From Mobula hypostoma (lineage: Eukaryota): DNA of 64,000 nucleotides. Numbering within the stretch: position 1 is the stretch's first letter; every line of letters begins with the position of its first letter. The stretch is taken from the NCBI RefSeq assembly GCF_963921235.1, contig NC_086098.1:7006001-7070000 (forward strand), given 5' to 3'. The position numbers were made by a program, and so were the translations under genes. This document shows, one piece after another, positions 26,027-38,447 of this stretch. The notes beneath the pieces were generated by a model. It worked only from the letters and a program-made list of their open reading frames with translations. It had not been told where the DNA came from and searched no databases.

Positions 26027-26309
26027 AAGCAACACACATCGAAGTTGCTGGTGAACGCAGCAGGCCAGGCAGCATCTCTAGGAAGAGATACAGTCGACGT
26101 TTCGGGTTGAGACACTTGGTCAGGACTAACTGAAGGAAGAGCTAGTAAGAGATTAACTCTTCTTTCAGTTAGTCCTGACGAAGGGTCTCGGCCCGAAACG
26201 TCGACTACACCTCTTCCTAGAGATGCTGCCTGGCCTGCTGCGTTCACCAGCAACTTTGATGTGTGTTGCCTGAATTTCTAGCGTCTGCAAAATTCCTCGT
26301 GTTTACGTT
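26027..26309. mobile_element. Young fold-back Penelope-derived element with perfect 14-bp TSD
   Basis: TCCAAACTACATAT at 26013-26026 and 26310-26323; inverted arms of about 105 nt; carries the intact hammerhead motif. Confidence 0.9.
26170..26207 (+). ncRNA. Minimal type I hammerhead ribozyme motif within a Penelope-derived repeat
   Basis: TAGTC-CTGACGA-A-GGGT(CTCG)GCCC-GAAA-CG-TC-GACTA: stem I TAGTC/GACTA, core CUGANGA and GAAA, 4-bp stem II, palindromic ACGT stem III, GUC cleavage triplet ending at 26202. Confidence 0.75.
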
Positions 26310-29300
26310 TCCAAACTACATATCGCAGGCTCAGCCAGATCCAGAATCACATCCAAGATGAAAAACAAACGTAAAAGGACATAAAAGAAGTGAAATATAT
26401 AGTTTCCTGATCTATGCAGGAGATGTCAACTGAAGGAACAATTACTGAAATGGGATCAAACAGACGTGTTTTTTTCCCCTCATGTCCCTCACTGTTGCCA
26501 GTAGATGCATTTTACATGCTAGCACTGATGCGGCATGCAAAAAGTCACATTTTGCCCAGTGTGTTCTATTCTTGAATGACATACTTCATTCATCATGGCA
26601 AAATACCTTCAGTACAGTTGCTGTGGTTACTGATCTTCAACCAACACTTCACCCTGGTTCACCTGCATGAACCAATGATTACATTTCAAAAGTAATTCAT
26701 TGCCTGTGAAGCTCTTAGAGACATTTCAGAGGAACATGATGAATTGTTACAGAAATATAAGCCTTTCATTTTCCCATTCTTTCTAACTCAAAACGCTCAA
26801 CCAATTTTGATCATTGCGTGTTTTTACAGTTGAAATGTACATTTAGACCATAATGTAGCGGAGCAAAATCAAGCTATTCAACCGATTGGGTCTGCTCTGC
26901 CATTCCATCATGTTTGCTATTATTTATTTACTTAGACTGGGGGTTCCCAGCCTCATTTATGCCATGGATCCCAAGTCGGGATCCTCTGATGTAGAGGCAC
27001 AGCACAGGATAGGCAGTTCATACCAACGAGCTGCACCACCAGCACTCCATCCCAATCTAGTTTACAATGACCAATTCACCTACTGACCTGTACGTCTTTG
27101 GACTGTGGGAGGAAACTGGACCTCTCAGAGGAAACCGTCCCAACTCATGGGGAACTTCTTAGAGAGGATGCTGGAATTGAATTCGGAGCTTATGATGTCC
27201 CTAGGATAGCATCTGATGACGGCTATGCTACCTTGGCACCTCATTTAGTATCCTCCTCAACACCATTCTCCCTCTGTCTTCTTCCCTATTCCTTTCACCC
27301 CCTACTAATCAAAAACCTATCATCCTGCACTTTAAATATATCCAATGACTTGGCCTCCATAACCGTCTATAGCAATGAATTTCACAGATCCACCACCCTC
27401 CGTCTAAAGGAATTCTTCCCCATCGCTGTTCTGATGGGACGTCCTACTCTGAGGCTGTGCCCTCTGGTTCTAGGCTCACCCACTATGGGAAACATCCTCT
27501 CCACATCCACTCTATCTGTGCCCTCTGATTCTAGGATCACCCACTATTGGAAACATACTCTCCACATCCACTTTGTCTAGCCCTTTCAAGATTCAATAGA
27601 TTTCAGTGTGATATTCCCCCTCCTTCTTCTAAATTCCAGTGAGTACAGGCCCAGAGCCCTCAAACATTCCTCATATGTTAACCCTTTCACATCTACTATG
27701 GAGCCTCACCTGACACAGAGCACTATTTGGAAAACTACCAGACTTCCATTATTATTTAAATCTAGTTTATTGAAATTTGTTAAAAAAAAATGACCTTTGG
27801 ACAGGAATTTTCCCAAGCAGGGATCCCAATGAGAATGTCCACGAAAACATTTGTCGTGGCACCAGAGACTTGGTTTGGTGATGAGGCTACGCTGTGGTGT
27901 AACACATTAAGGTGAGGCATGTTGCAGGAAATTAGCATCTAACCAGGAACTGGATCATCTGATGTTCGAAGTTCAAAGTAAATTTATTATTATTAAAGTA
28001 CATACATGTCACCATATACTACCTGGAGATCCATTTTCTTGTGGGCATTCGTGGTAGAACAAAGAAATACAACAGAATCAATTAAAGACTACACACAACG
28101 ACAAATAACTAAAGTGTAAAAGAAGACAAATTGTGGAAATACAAAGAAGTAGAAATATTTATTGACTGGTTAATTGAGAACACGAGTCACAGAGTCCTTG
28201 AAAGTAAGTCCATAGTTTGTTGAATCATTTCAGAGTTGAGGTGGGTGAAGTTATCTGCACTTGTTCAGGAGCCTGATGGTTGAAGGGTAATGGCTATTCC
28301 CAAAACCAGGGGTGTGGGACTTAAGGCTCCTGTATCTCCTGCCTGATGGCAGCAGTGAGAAGACAGCATGACACTGGATGGTGGGGGTCTTTGATGATGG
28401 ATGGTGCTTTCTTACGGCTGTGCTCCATGTAGATGGGCCCAATGGTGGGGAGGTCATGGCTTTGTGCTGGCCCATACACGCATTAGGATGAGGCATCCTG
28501 CACAAAATTAACATCTAACCAGCAACTGGATCATCTGCCGTTCTTTGTCCTGTGGCAGGATTGCTTACTGAAACCAGCGCGGGGGCTCAAAGCAACACTG
28601 CCATTCCCTTGGGTGTCCTTTTAATAATATATTCTTACCTGGGCCCAGACCGAGTACATTTCCTAAATACTTTGACCTTTAATAGAGGGCCCAGGGTTGC
28701 CATTACAATTTCAAATGTCTCTCTACAGCCATAGATGGTTTTGTGGAGACAGGTGGTTTAGTACAAGTATAACAGTTATATCATGTTCTGCAACATTGAC
28801 TTGCTGAGTTACCTGTTAATGAGATCCTCTGCTCAACTGACTCCTGTCGAAACTGTTAAAGTGTCAAAATGATAAGTGATTTAAATATATGCAAAACACC
28901 TCACATGCTGTGCCATATCTAAAATAGGAAAAGTGGATTTGTGGTGGGTTCAGATAAACAGACCCTTGATCAAAGTTCAAAGTACATTTATTATCAAAGT
29001 CTGTATACTTCATACAACCTTGAGGATGTGTACTTTATACTTTACCAGGCAGCCACAAAATAAAGAAATAGAGTCCATTAGAGCCTATTAAAACAAAAAA
29101 GAGGACTATTGAATGCCAGGAGGAAAAAATTTGTACAAACAATAAAAGTGAGTGAATAGCGTTTGGAACTGAAGAGGAGGACAAGAGTGAGCTGGCAATC
29201 ACTGCAGCCAATTCAGTGTTCAATCCCCAGTGTTCAGTTAGTCACTGACTCAGTTCAGCACAGAGACGAGAGGAGTTCATGGAGCATTCGGCCCTGACAC

Positions 29301-30487
29301 CCTGACCTTGTCAACCTGGCTCGGAGTTTAAATCGCCCAAACCTCAGGTTGTGTTTGGGTTTCTCAGAATCAAAATCTGACATATGTCGTGAAATTTGTT
29401 ATATAAACATGACTGTAAATTACAATAAGAATATATAAAAAAAATCAATTGTGCAGAAAAGCAAAATAATGAGGTAGTGTTCACAGGTTCATGGATATGA
29501 TGGCAAAAGGGAAGAAACAGTGGCCCCTCCATACCTGGTGGTGATACAACAGCCTGGATGCTCTTCACCAGAGTCTTTACAGATTTTCTGCATTTACAGG
29601 GGGGCCGTTGGATAATAGTTTATCAGCCATAAACCTTGTGATCACTTCAGATGCATAGGATGCACCACCGTATCTATAATGAAGGTTTCCTAACCATCTT
29701 ATGGACAGATGAAAAAAATACCTAAATCGCTACGCTTCCTTGATGTTGGCATCCTTGGAATCAGTGATTTCAATTGCATCGCCATTGGCTGTCTCTTTTG
29801 CCGCTGAGCTCTGAAGTTCTTCTCTAAAACGTTCTGTGTTGCCCTCTGTCCATGTTTAAAAAGACTCCTGCACAGAATAAGCTATTGTTTACTTCCGTTT
29901 GAGATTTGAGAAATTTTTGTTTGTCAGAACCTTTATCAAAGATCTTGATGAAGAGTGTAACATCCTGAAATATCAACTGTTTATTCCTCTTCATAGATGC
30001 TACCTGACCTGCTTTATTAGCTTTTCCTTGCAATTTTTTCTTCTTTTTCTCCACCCTTCTCTGAACATACTGGGCTAAATGCTTCATTCCGTCTGCCACA
30101 AAAGGCAGTCTTTCCCCATGGCCTCCCCCCCACCCCATTGTAATTGCACTTCCCACTTCCATTCCAACATGGCCTCCTCTGCTGCCAAAATGTTAACTAT
30201 TTAATCCTCTCCATAGATGCTGCTTGACTTGCTGAGTTCCTCCAGCATTGTGTGTGTGTGTTGCTCCAGATTATCAGCATCTGCAAGTTATGACATTATT
30301 TTCCATTTAATTTTCTGTCAGTACTTTATAGTTCAGGGTGGTTAATGGGTTTGGAAATTATCTTAAAATTGCAACAGTGGCCAGGATGGAGAAGGGACCA
30401 CGCAGCATGAAAATCCTGTGGCTTCGTGCGGAATGTTGAAGGATGAAGAATTAATTAACAGGGACGCCCCCCCCTTTGCCTCCATAA

Positions 30488-32229
30488 GGCAGACCAATTG
30501 AATAATTACTTTGGTTCTGTCTTCACTAAGGAGGACATAAATAATCTTCCAGAAATAGTAGGGGACAGAGGGTCCAGTGAGATGGAGGAACTGAGCGAAA
30601 TACATGTTAGTAGGGAAGTGGTGTTAGGTAAATTGAAGGGATTGAAGGCAGATAAATCCCCAGGGCCAGATGGTCTGCATCCTAGAGTGCTTAAGGAAAT
30701 AGCCCAAGAAATAGTGGATGCATTAGTGATAATTTTTCAAAACTCGTTAGATTCTGGACTAGTTCCTGAGGATTGGAGGGTGGCTAATGTAACCCCACTT
30801 TTTAAAAAAGGAGGGAGAGAGAAACCGGGGAATTATAGACCGGTTAGCCTAACGTCGGTGGTGGGGAAACTGCTGGAGTCAGTTATCAAGGATGTGATAA
30901 CAGCACATTTGGAAAGCGGTGAAATGATCGGACAAAGTCAGCATGGATTTGTGAAAGGAAAATCATGTCTGACGAATCTCATAGAATTTTTTGAGGATGT
31001 AACTAGTAGAGTGGATAGGGGAGAACCAGTGGATGTGGTATATTTGGATTTTCAAAAGGCTTTTGATAAGGTCCCACACAGGAGATTAGTGTGCAAACTT
31101 AAAGCACACGGTATTGGGGGTAAGGTATTGGTGTGGGTGGAGAATTGGTTAGCAGACAGGAAGCAAAGAGTGGGAATAAACGGGACCTTTTCAGAATGGC
31201 AGGCAGTGACTAGTGGGGTACCGCAAGGCTCAGTGCTGGGACCCCAGTTGTTTACAATATATATTAATGACTTGGATGAGGGAATTAAATGCAGCATCTC
31301 CAAGTTTGCGGATGACACGAAGCTGGGTGGCAGTGTTAGCAGTGAGGAGGATGCTAAGAGGATGCAGGGTGACTTGGATAGGTTGGGTGAGTGGGCAAAC
31401 TCATGGCAGATGCAATTTAATGTGGATAAATGTGAAGTTATCCACTTTGGTGGCAAAAATAGGAAAACAGATTATTATCTGAATGGTGGCCGATTAGGAA
31501 AAGGGGAGGTGCAACGAGACCTGGGTGTCATTATACACCAGTCATTGAAAGTGGGCATGCAGGTACAGCAGGCGGTGAAAAAGGCGAACGGTATGCTGGC
31601 ATTTATAGCGAGAGGATTCGAGTACAGGAGCAGGGAGGTACTACTGCAGTTGTACAAGGCCTTGGTGAGACCACACCTGGAGTATTGTGTGCAGTTTTGG
31701 TCCCCTAATCTGAGGAAAGACATCCTTGCCATAGAGGGAGTACAAAGAAGGTTCACCAGATTGATTCCTGGGATGGCAGGTCTTTCATATGAAGAAAGAC
31801 TGGATGAACTGGGCTTGTACTCGTTGGAATTTAGAAGATTGAGGGGGGATCTGATTGAAACGTATAAGATCCTAAAGGGATTGGACAGGCTAGATGCGGG
31901 AAGATTGTTCCCGATGTTGGGGAGATCTAGAACGAGGGGTCACAGTTTGAGGATAGAGGGGAAGCCTTTTAGGACCGAGGTTAGGAAAAACTTCTTCACA
32001 CAGAGAGTGGTGAATCTGTGGAATTCTCTGCCACAGCAAACTGTTGAGGCCAGTTCATTAGCTATGTTTAAAAGGAAGTTAGATATGGCCCTTGTGGCTA
32101 CAGGGGTCAGGGGGTATGGAGGGAAGGCTGGGTTCTGAGTTGGATGATCAGCCATGATCATAATAAATGGCGGTGCAGGCTCGAAGGGCCGATTGGCCTA
32201 CTCCTGCACCTATTTTCTATGTTTCTATG
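30488..32229 (+). mobile_element. Young 5'-truncated CR1 LINE with an uninterrupted RT-domain reading frame (546 aa)
   Basis: KSPGPDG, NYRPVSLTS, YLDFQKAFDKV, GVPQGSVLGP and FADD motifs; 3' stem-loop GGTGCAGG...CCTGCACC; (TTTCTATG)n tail; no endonuclease or ORF1. Confidence 0.97.
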
Positions 32230-32843
32230 AAACATGGCGCATTCTTGGGATAATTGGCCATGCTAGGTACACTGTAGTCTTGAATAGTTCTCGAACTGTG
32301 AGTTCATGGCAATGGCATCCTGAATGCCCAAATTCAAGCTATTTATATGTAAATCAATGTGAAATTTAAAAATTGATATTAGATGTGCAATTTTTGTTTA
32401 CTGCTATGACTTTGTATAGACCCTGTGGAACGGCTACAAGTGTTTAAATAAGAACTGAGAAGAGAGATTCCCAGTGTAGAACGCTGAACTCTTATTAATA
32501 TGTGAGAAAAAAAAACAAACTTAAATTTAGGAAGCAGAGAGAAATACTCAGGTCACTTTCAATCTTGTCTGTGCAAAATCCGAGCAGAATCCATCACCAG
32601 GCCTGTGTCAAATCCACCCTACTTTCAGCCCAACTAAATAAATCCTATTACACACAGGATAACCAACAATAATTCTGGACAAATTCTCTGATTTGCTGCT
32701 ATAAATGGGAGTTCCTCTCTTACTTCCCTTTCACAGCAGCTGTTGTTTTAACTAAAAGGTCAAGGATAGTGCTGTTTTTTTCATATTTACTTTAATAAAG
32801 ATTAAAGATGAAAAGATTAAAGATTAGCTTTATTTGTCACGTA

Positions 32844-33379
32844 TAGCACTGTGCAGAAATCTTTGGCAGGTACATAAATAGCTGGGATGCCTAAGATTTT
32901 TCCATAGTACTGTATTCATCAATGTGGAGTGGAGAGCGAGTTTGTAAATCTGGCGGGAGCAAAGCATGTTGGGAATGGCAAGGGTGGAGCGCCGCAGGAA
33001 GGGTATGGGATGGGTGGCAGAGGAGAAGTGTCGGGTGGGGGTGGCATGGGTGTAGACACACCCAGCCCTGAGACACCAAGCAAGGTTGTTTGATTCCAAA
33101 TCATTGGTTTATTGATCATTATAGAATGTTTCTTAGGTGCTTCCTGCTCCCTCCCCTCTCCCTTCCTATTTTCCCAACCGTGATTCCCCTCTCCCACCTT
33201 CCCACTCTCAGTCCACAATAGAGACCCAGATCAGAATCAGGTTTATCATCACTCACATGTGTCACAAAATTTGTTTTTTTTTGAGGCAGTATAGTGCAAT
33301 GCATAAAATTGCTACAGTACTGTGTAAGTCTTAGGCACCCTAGCTATATATATGTGCCTAAGACTTTTGCACAGTGCTG
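32844..33379 (-). mobile_element. Compound MITE-cargo-MITE element with TA TSD, inserted in a SINE tail
   Basis: Mini-MITEs at about 32844-32912 and 33316-33379; TA at 32842-32843 and 33380-33381; host TTTATTTGTCACGTA|CATTGAAACATACAG is continuous across the insertion. Confidence 0.82.
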
Positions 33380-35989
33380 TACATTGAAACATACAGTGAA
33401 ATGTTTTGTTTGCATTTATGACCAACACAGTCAAAAGATATGTGGGAGTTAGCCTGCAAGTGGCAACATGCTTCTAGTGTCAATACAGCATGCATACGAC
33501 TTCCTAACCCTAACCCATATGTCTTTGGAATAACATTTCCCATCTTTCATCTTTTGGAAACCACGTAGAATCTTTTTGTTTAAAATTGTGACTGTCATTT
33601 TAGAAGCAAAGAAAATCTTTTCATCTCGGCTTCACAGGGCCACTGCTTCAGAGCGTCAGTGGCCAATAGTTCCTGGTGTTAAGCTGCTGACATCGCTGTC
33701 AGAAGGCAATTACTTCCTCGCGTCAATTAGTGGCCAGACACAAAAACGATTTTTTTCACAAGGGGTGGCTGCCGTGCCAGTCTCTGTTGAGTGATCCAGC
33801 TGGCAAGAACCATGCAGAATGATGCTAAACAGTTTCTCATACCCTATGAAACGCAAAGGGTTGCTAATGGAATCTTTTGGATTTTCTGATTAGGGAAACG
33901 CTTAAATTAATTGGTATTAAATTGTCGAGTCAACATTGAATTCTCTTTGTTTTTACACTTTACTTGCGGCTGCCTGTGTTAACAGCCCTGTAATTGATGT
34001 GAACAAGTGAGTAAGTGGTCTGCAGCAAGTATTTCAATTACGGCACGGAGTCTCTGTCATTGACAACGTGCCCACAGCATAGGAAATGAACTTAAAATGT
34101 ATTACGGGTCGTTGGGTCATAAATCTCTGGGAGAAAATTGGCAGCTGTCACCAACGACGGATGATGGTAGCTGCAGCAATGGAGATTAAATGAGAAACTC
34201 AAGAGAGTGCTCCAGTCTCAGGGGAGGTGAAGGCAGTAGGAGAGTGTTAGGGATACTGTGTAGTGATCTACAGGTAATTTCAAACCTCTTAAACCCACGG
34301 GATAACTGAAGCAGACAGTTATTGTCTACTTCAATGGTAAAGGTATAAAGTAAAGTTTCTCCCCAGGCCTTGCTTGGCACATCAGACGGAAACCTTGCTG
34401 TTTCCTTAGTGATTGTCTGTTCGACGAGGCCTGGTTGATATCTCGACGCTCAACCTGGCACGGTTGGAAAGCGTGCAGGGAGCCGGCTGGGTTCCAGCCC
34501 ACGAACTCTTGTTCCAAAGTCTGGGTGCAAGTTACCACGACACCACTGGCACAGACTAACTTCAATCGAAGCTACAGTAAGTGGTGAGAAAATTAAAACA
34601 TTTGCATCAAATTATTGATTGGGAGAAATGAATCTTCAAACCCACCATCCTCTGAGCACGGGGCAGCCACAGTAGCCTAGGAATTTTTAATTTTTTAAAA
34701 TTTATTTCGAGATGCAGGCCCTTCCGGCCAATGAGCCAACAACCCACCAATTTGACTCTACCACATCACTTGGCAATTTCCAATGCCCAATTAACCTGGG
34801 ACGGTGGGAGGAAACCCAATGGTCACCAGGGAGAACAAACAAACTCCTTACAGACAGTGCTGGGGTTGAACTCTGAACTCCGACACCATGAGCTGTGATA
34901 GTATTGCACTAACAGCTGTGGTTTTTCTATTCTCAGTTCTGGTTCCCCCCTCATCCCTTTTGCTCGCCTGCCTATCACCTCCCTCTGCCTTGCCCTTCTC
35001 TTTCCCTTTCTTCCTCCTTCCTGTCCTATCAGGTTCCTTCTTCCTGAGCCCTATTACCCTCCACTTCATCCCTCTCCCCAACCACCCACCTTCCCCTTCA
35101 CCTGGTCTCACCCATCCCCTGCCAGCCTGCATTCCTTCCCCTTCCCCTACCTTCTTATTCTGGTTTCTGTTGCCTTCCTTTCCAGTCTTGTTGGAGGATC
35201 TCGGCCTGAAATATGGAGTATTCATTTCCCTCCACGGACTTAGCGTGAAACTCTTACAGCCTGGGGCATCGGACTTCAGAGTTCAATTCCAGAGTTTCAG
35301 TTCCAAATTCTTAGGGGTTTGTACGTCCTCCCTGTGATCACCTGGGTTTTCTTAAGGTGCTCCTCTTCCCCCCGCCCCACAGTCCAAAGACGCATGGGTT
35401 GGTTGGCTGATTGGTCATTGTGATGAGGCTAGGGATAAATACATGGGTTGCTGGGCAGCATGGCCCATTGGGCTGAAAGGGCCTGTTTCATGGCCCTCTA
35501 AATTAATTAAATAAAATAAGCACTCTCTTTGAAAAGTATTGCTATGAAGTAGTATTAATCATAATAACACAAGATACAGGAGCAGAATTAGGTCATTTGA
35601 TCCATTGAGTTTGCTCCACCATTTCATCATGGCTGATCCAATTTTTCTTTCAATCCCAGTTTCCTGCCTTCTCCCCGTATCCCTTAAAACCATGACCAAT
35701 CAAGAATCTATCAACCTCTGCCTTAAGTATACTTAAAGACTTGGCCTCCACAGCTTCCTGTGGCAAAGAATTCCACAGATTCACCACTCTCTGGCCAAAG
35801 AAATTCCTCCTCATCTCCATTCTAAAAGGATGCCCCTCTATTCTGAGGCTTAGATTCTCCCACCATAGGAAGTATCCTGTCCACGTCCATCCTTTCAAAC
35901 CCTCTCACTATTTGATAGTTTTCAATGAGGTCACCCCTCATTCTTCTGAATTCTAGTGAACACAGGCCTAGAGCCTTCAGCTATACAGC

Positions 35990-38230
35990 GGCTATACTTA
36001 ATTAGCAGTTTGAAGAGATTTGGCATGTCAACAAATACACTCAAAAACTTCTCTAGATGTGCTATAGAAGCACATACAGAAAGGAGACCTTTCTGACAGG
36101 CTGCATCATTGTCTGGAATGGGGGGCTGGCTACTGCACAGGACTGTAAGAAACTGCAGAGGGTTGTAAATCTAGTCAGCTCCATCTTGGGTACTAGCCTA
36201 CAAAGTACCCAGGACATCTTCAGGGAGCGGTGTCTCAGAAAGGCAGCGTCCATTATTAAGGACCTCCAGCACCCAGGGCATGCCCTTTTCTCACTGTTAC
36301 CATCAGGTAGGGGGTACAGAAACCTGACGACACACACTCAGTGATTCAGGAACAGCTTCTTCCCCTCTGCCATCCGATTCCTAATCTGACATTGAACCCT
36401 TGGACATTACTTCACTTTTTTAATATACAATATTTCTGTTTTTTTCACATTTTAAAATCTATTCAATATATGTGTACAGGTTTCCCCCGCCATCCGAAGG
36501 TAGAGCGTTCCTATGAAATGGTTCGTAAGCCGAAATGTTGTAAAGCGAAGAGGCAATTACCACTTGTTTATATGGGAAAATTCTGTGAGCGTTCGCCGAC
36601 CCAAAAATAACCTACCCAATCATGCCAAATAACACATAAAACCTAAAATAACAGTAACAGATAGTAAAAGCAGGAATGATATGATAAATACACAGCCTAT
36701 ATAAAGTAGAAATACTTTTCCACAATCATTACTGCACTGTTCTCCGTAGTGAAAATCTCACGCAAGCGCCATTGGCAAAAACACGGAGCAAGCGCTCTCC
36801 GGTAACCTTTAAGCTATGAAGCTGCCAAATCATACCAAATAACACGTAAAAATACACAGCCGATATAAAGTAGAAATAATGTATGTACAGTGTAGTATCA
36901 CTTACTGGAATTGGGAACACAGCGCGGAGCACACTGATGATGGTGTGTTAGGCTGAGTTGTCGCAGGTTGGCTGGTGCAGTGGCCCCCACCCTCCAGGCC
37001 GCCGACCGATACATTGCCGCGAGGCACGCAGGGGTACAGCGGTTGCCAGGAGGCATCCAGCACATCTTTAAGAAAAAAGCCGAAATAAACATGCTAATTA
37101 ATTAGGTGCCACTCGGCACGTAATTGTCAGCCCAGATCAGTGCCGATTGCATCGCCTTTGATCTGGGCCGACACTTACGTGTGGGGCGGCACCTAATTAA
37201 TTAGCATGTTTATTTCGGCTTTTTTTTAAAGATGTGCTGTGTGCCTCTCGGCTACTGCTGCATTCTCCGCGAATCAGTACAGTATCTGTCCGCGGCCCGG
37301 GTGTTGGGGTGGTGGGACACGGGGGGTGTCATCTCGTGGTCTGTTTCCATTAGAGCAGGCAGCTCATCTTCTCCTATGACTGCCCGCCTCGATGTCGAAG
37401 ATCGAGGTTCGTCATCTGCTGTGGCTGATGTGGAAGGCTTGCTTGACTGCTGAGCCTCACGCATTTTTCTATCACACACTTCTTTGTAAGGGCTCAAACC
37501 ATCTTGCAAATATCCCCTAAACCTACGTACCCTTTCAAAATTAAAGTCATACTTTATCATTACATCGAAAATCTCAGGTAGTTGCTTCACTTTCGCTACT
37601 GCATTCGGTTTCGATTGTTATCCTTTCCTCTTCCAATTGCATCAGCTCTTCATCTATCAGTTCTTGGTCATGGGATGCCAAAACCTCTTCAACATCATCT
37701 TCGTCAACTTCCACAAGCCAAACTCACTTTGTCCTTACTTCGTTCACCACGATCGAAACGCTTAATTATGTCCAGCTTTACCCTAAGTGTGACACCCTTA
37801 CGAGCTCTTTCAGGCTTTTCCAATACCTCAGCACTCATCTTGCAAACGGCTGCTCTCAGGCATGTGTTAAAGCAATGCCGTTCCGAATCCGGGGGAGAGC
37901 GGCTGCTCGGGGCACGCGCTGCCTTTTATCGCGCGCTGAATTTTTTTATCGCGTGCTGCTTTTTTTTCGTAACAGTGAAAACACCTTCTGAAATTGAAAA
38001 CAGGGTACTAATGTAGGTCTTTCATAACAGTGAGGTTTCGTAAAGCGAACGTTCGAAAAGCGGGGTCACCTGTTTTGTAATTGATTTACTTATTTATTAT
38101 TATTATTTTTATTTCATTTATTATTTTATTTTGTTCTTTTTCCTATATTATCTATTGCAATGAACTGCTGCTGCTAAGTTAACAAATCTCACGTCACATG
38201 CTGGTGATAATAAACCTGATTCTGATTCTC
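35990..38230 (+). mobile_element. Rex1/Babar-like LINE 3' fragment, split by a Tigger element
   Basis: LTGCIIVW...LQRVV...IIKDLQHPGHALFSLLPSGR peptide; the 3' UTR continues after 38072 to AATAAACCTGATTCTGATTC. Confidence 0.82.
36477..38072 (-). mobile_element. Tigger/pogo-like DNA transposon, internally deleted
   Basis: Imperfect TIRs CAGGTTTCCCCCGC / CAGGTGACCCCGC (reverse complement), TA on the left. Minus-strand ATG at 37838 gives MSAEVLEKPERARKGVTLRVKLDIIKRFDRGERSKD (CENP-B/psq-type HTH), followed directly by an acidic Tigger-like C-terminus (EDDVEEVLASHDQELIDEELMQLEEE); the DDE domain is missing. Confidence 0.85.
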
Positions 38231-38273
38231 ATTATGAAACGCTCTTCATATGACAAACTATTCAATCCTGGAA

Positions 38274-38447
38274 CACACACAAAATGCTGGTGGAACGCAG
38301 CAGGCCAGACAGTATCCATAGGAAGAAGCACAGCCTGAAACGTCGACTGTGCTTCTTCCTATGGATGCTGCCTGGCCTGCTGCGTTCCATCAGCATTTTG
38401 TGTATGTTGCTTGAATTTCCAGCATCTGCAGATTTCCTCGTGTTTGC
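38274..38447. mobile_element. Fold-back Penelope-derived element with perfect 14-bp TSD
   Basis: ATTCAATCCTGGAA at 38260-38273 and 38448-38461; inverted arms; hammerhead core partly deleted. Confidence 0.88.

Noticed and set aside
30498..32138. 546-aa ORF as a host gene or autonomous retrotransposon
   Set aside because: It is the RT/C-terminal part of CR1 ORF2, 5'-truncated, starting at TTG and lacking endonuclease and ORF1.
34888..35337. 149-aa Pro/Ser/Phe-rich ORF
   Set aside because: Pyrimidine-rich UTR of a Penelope-type repeat fused to a SINE head.
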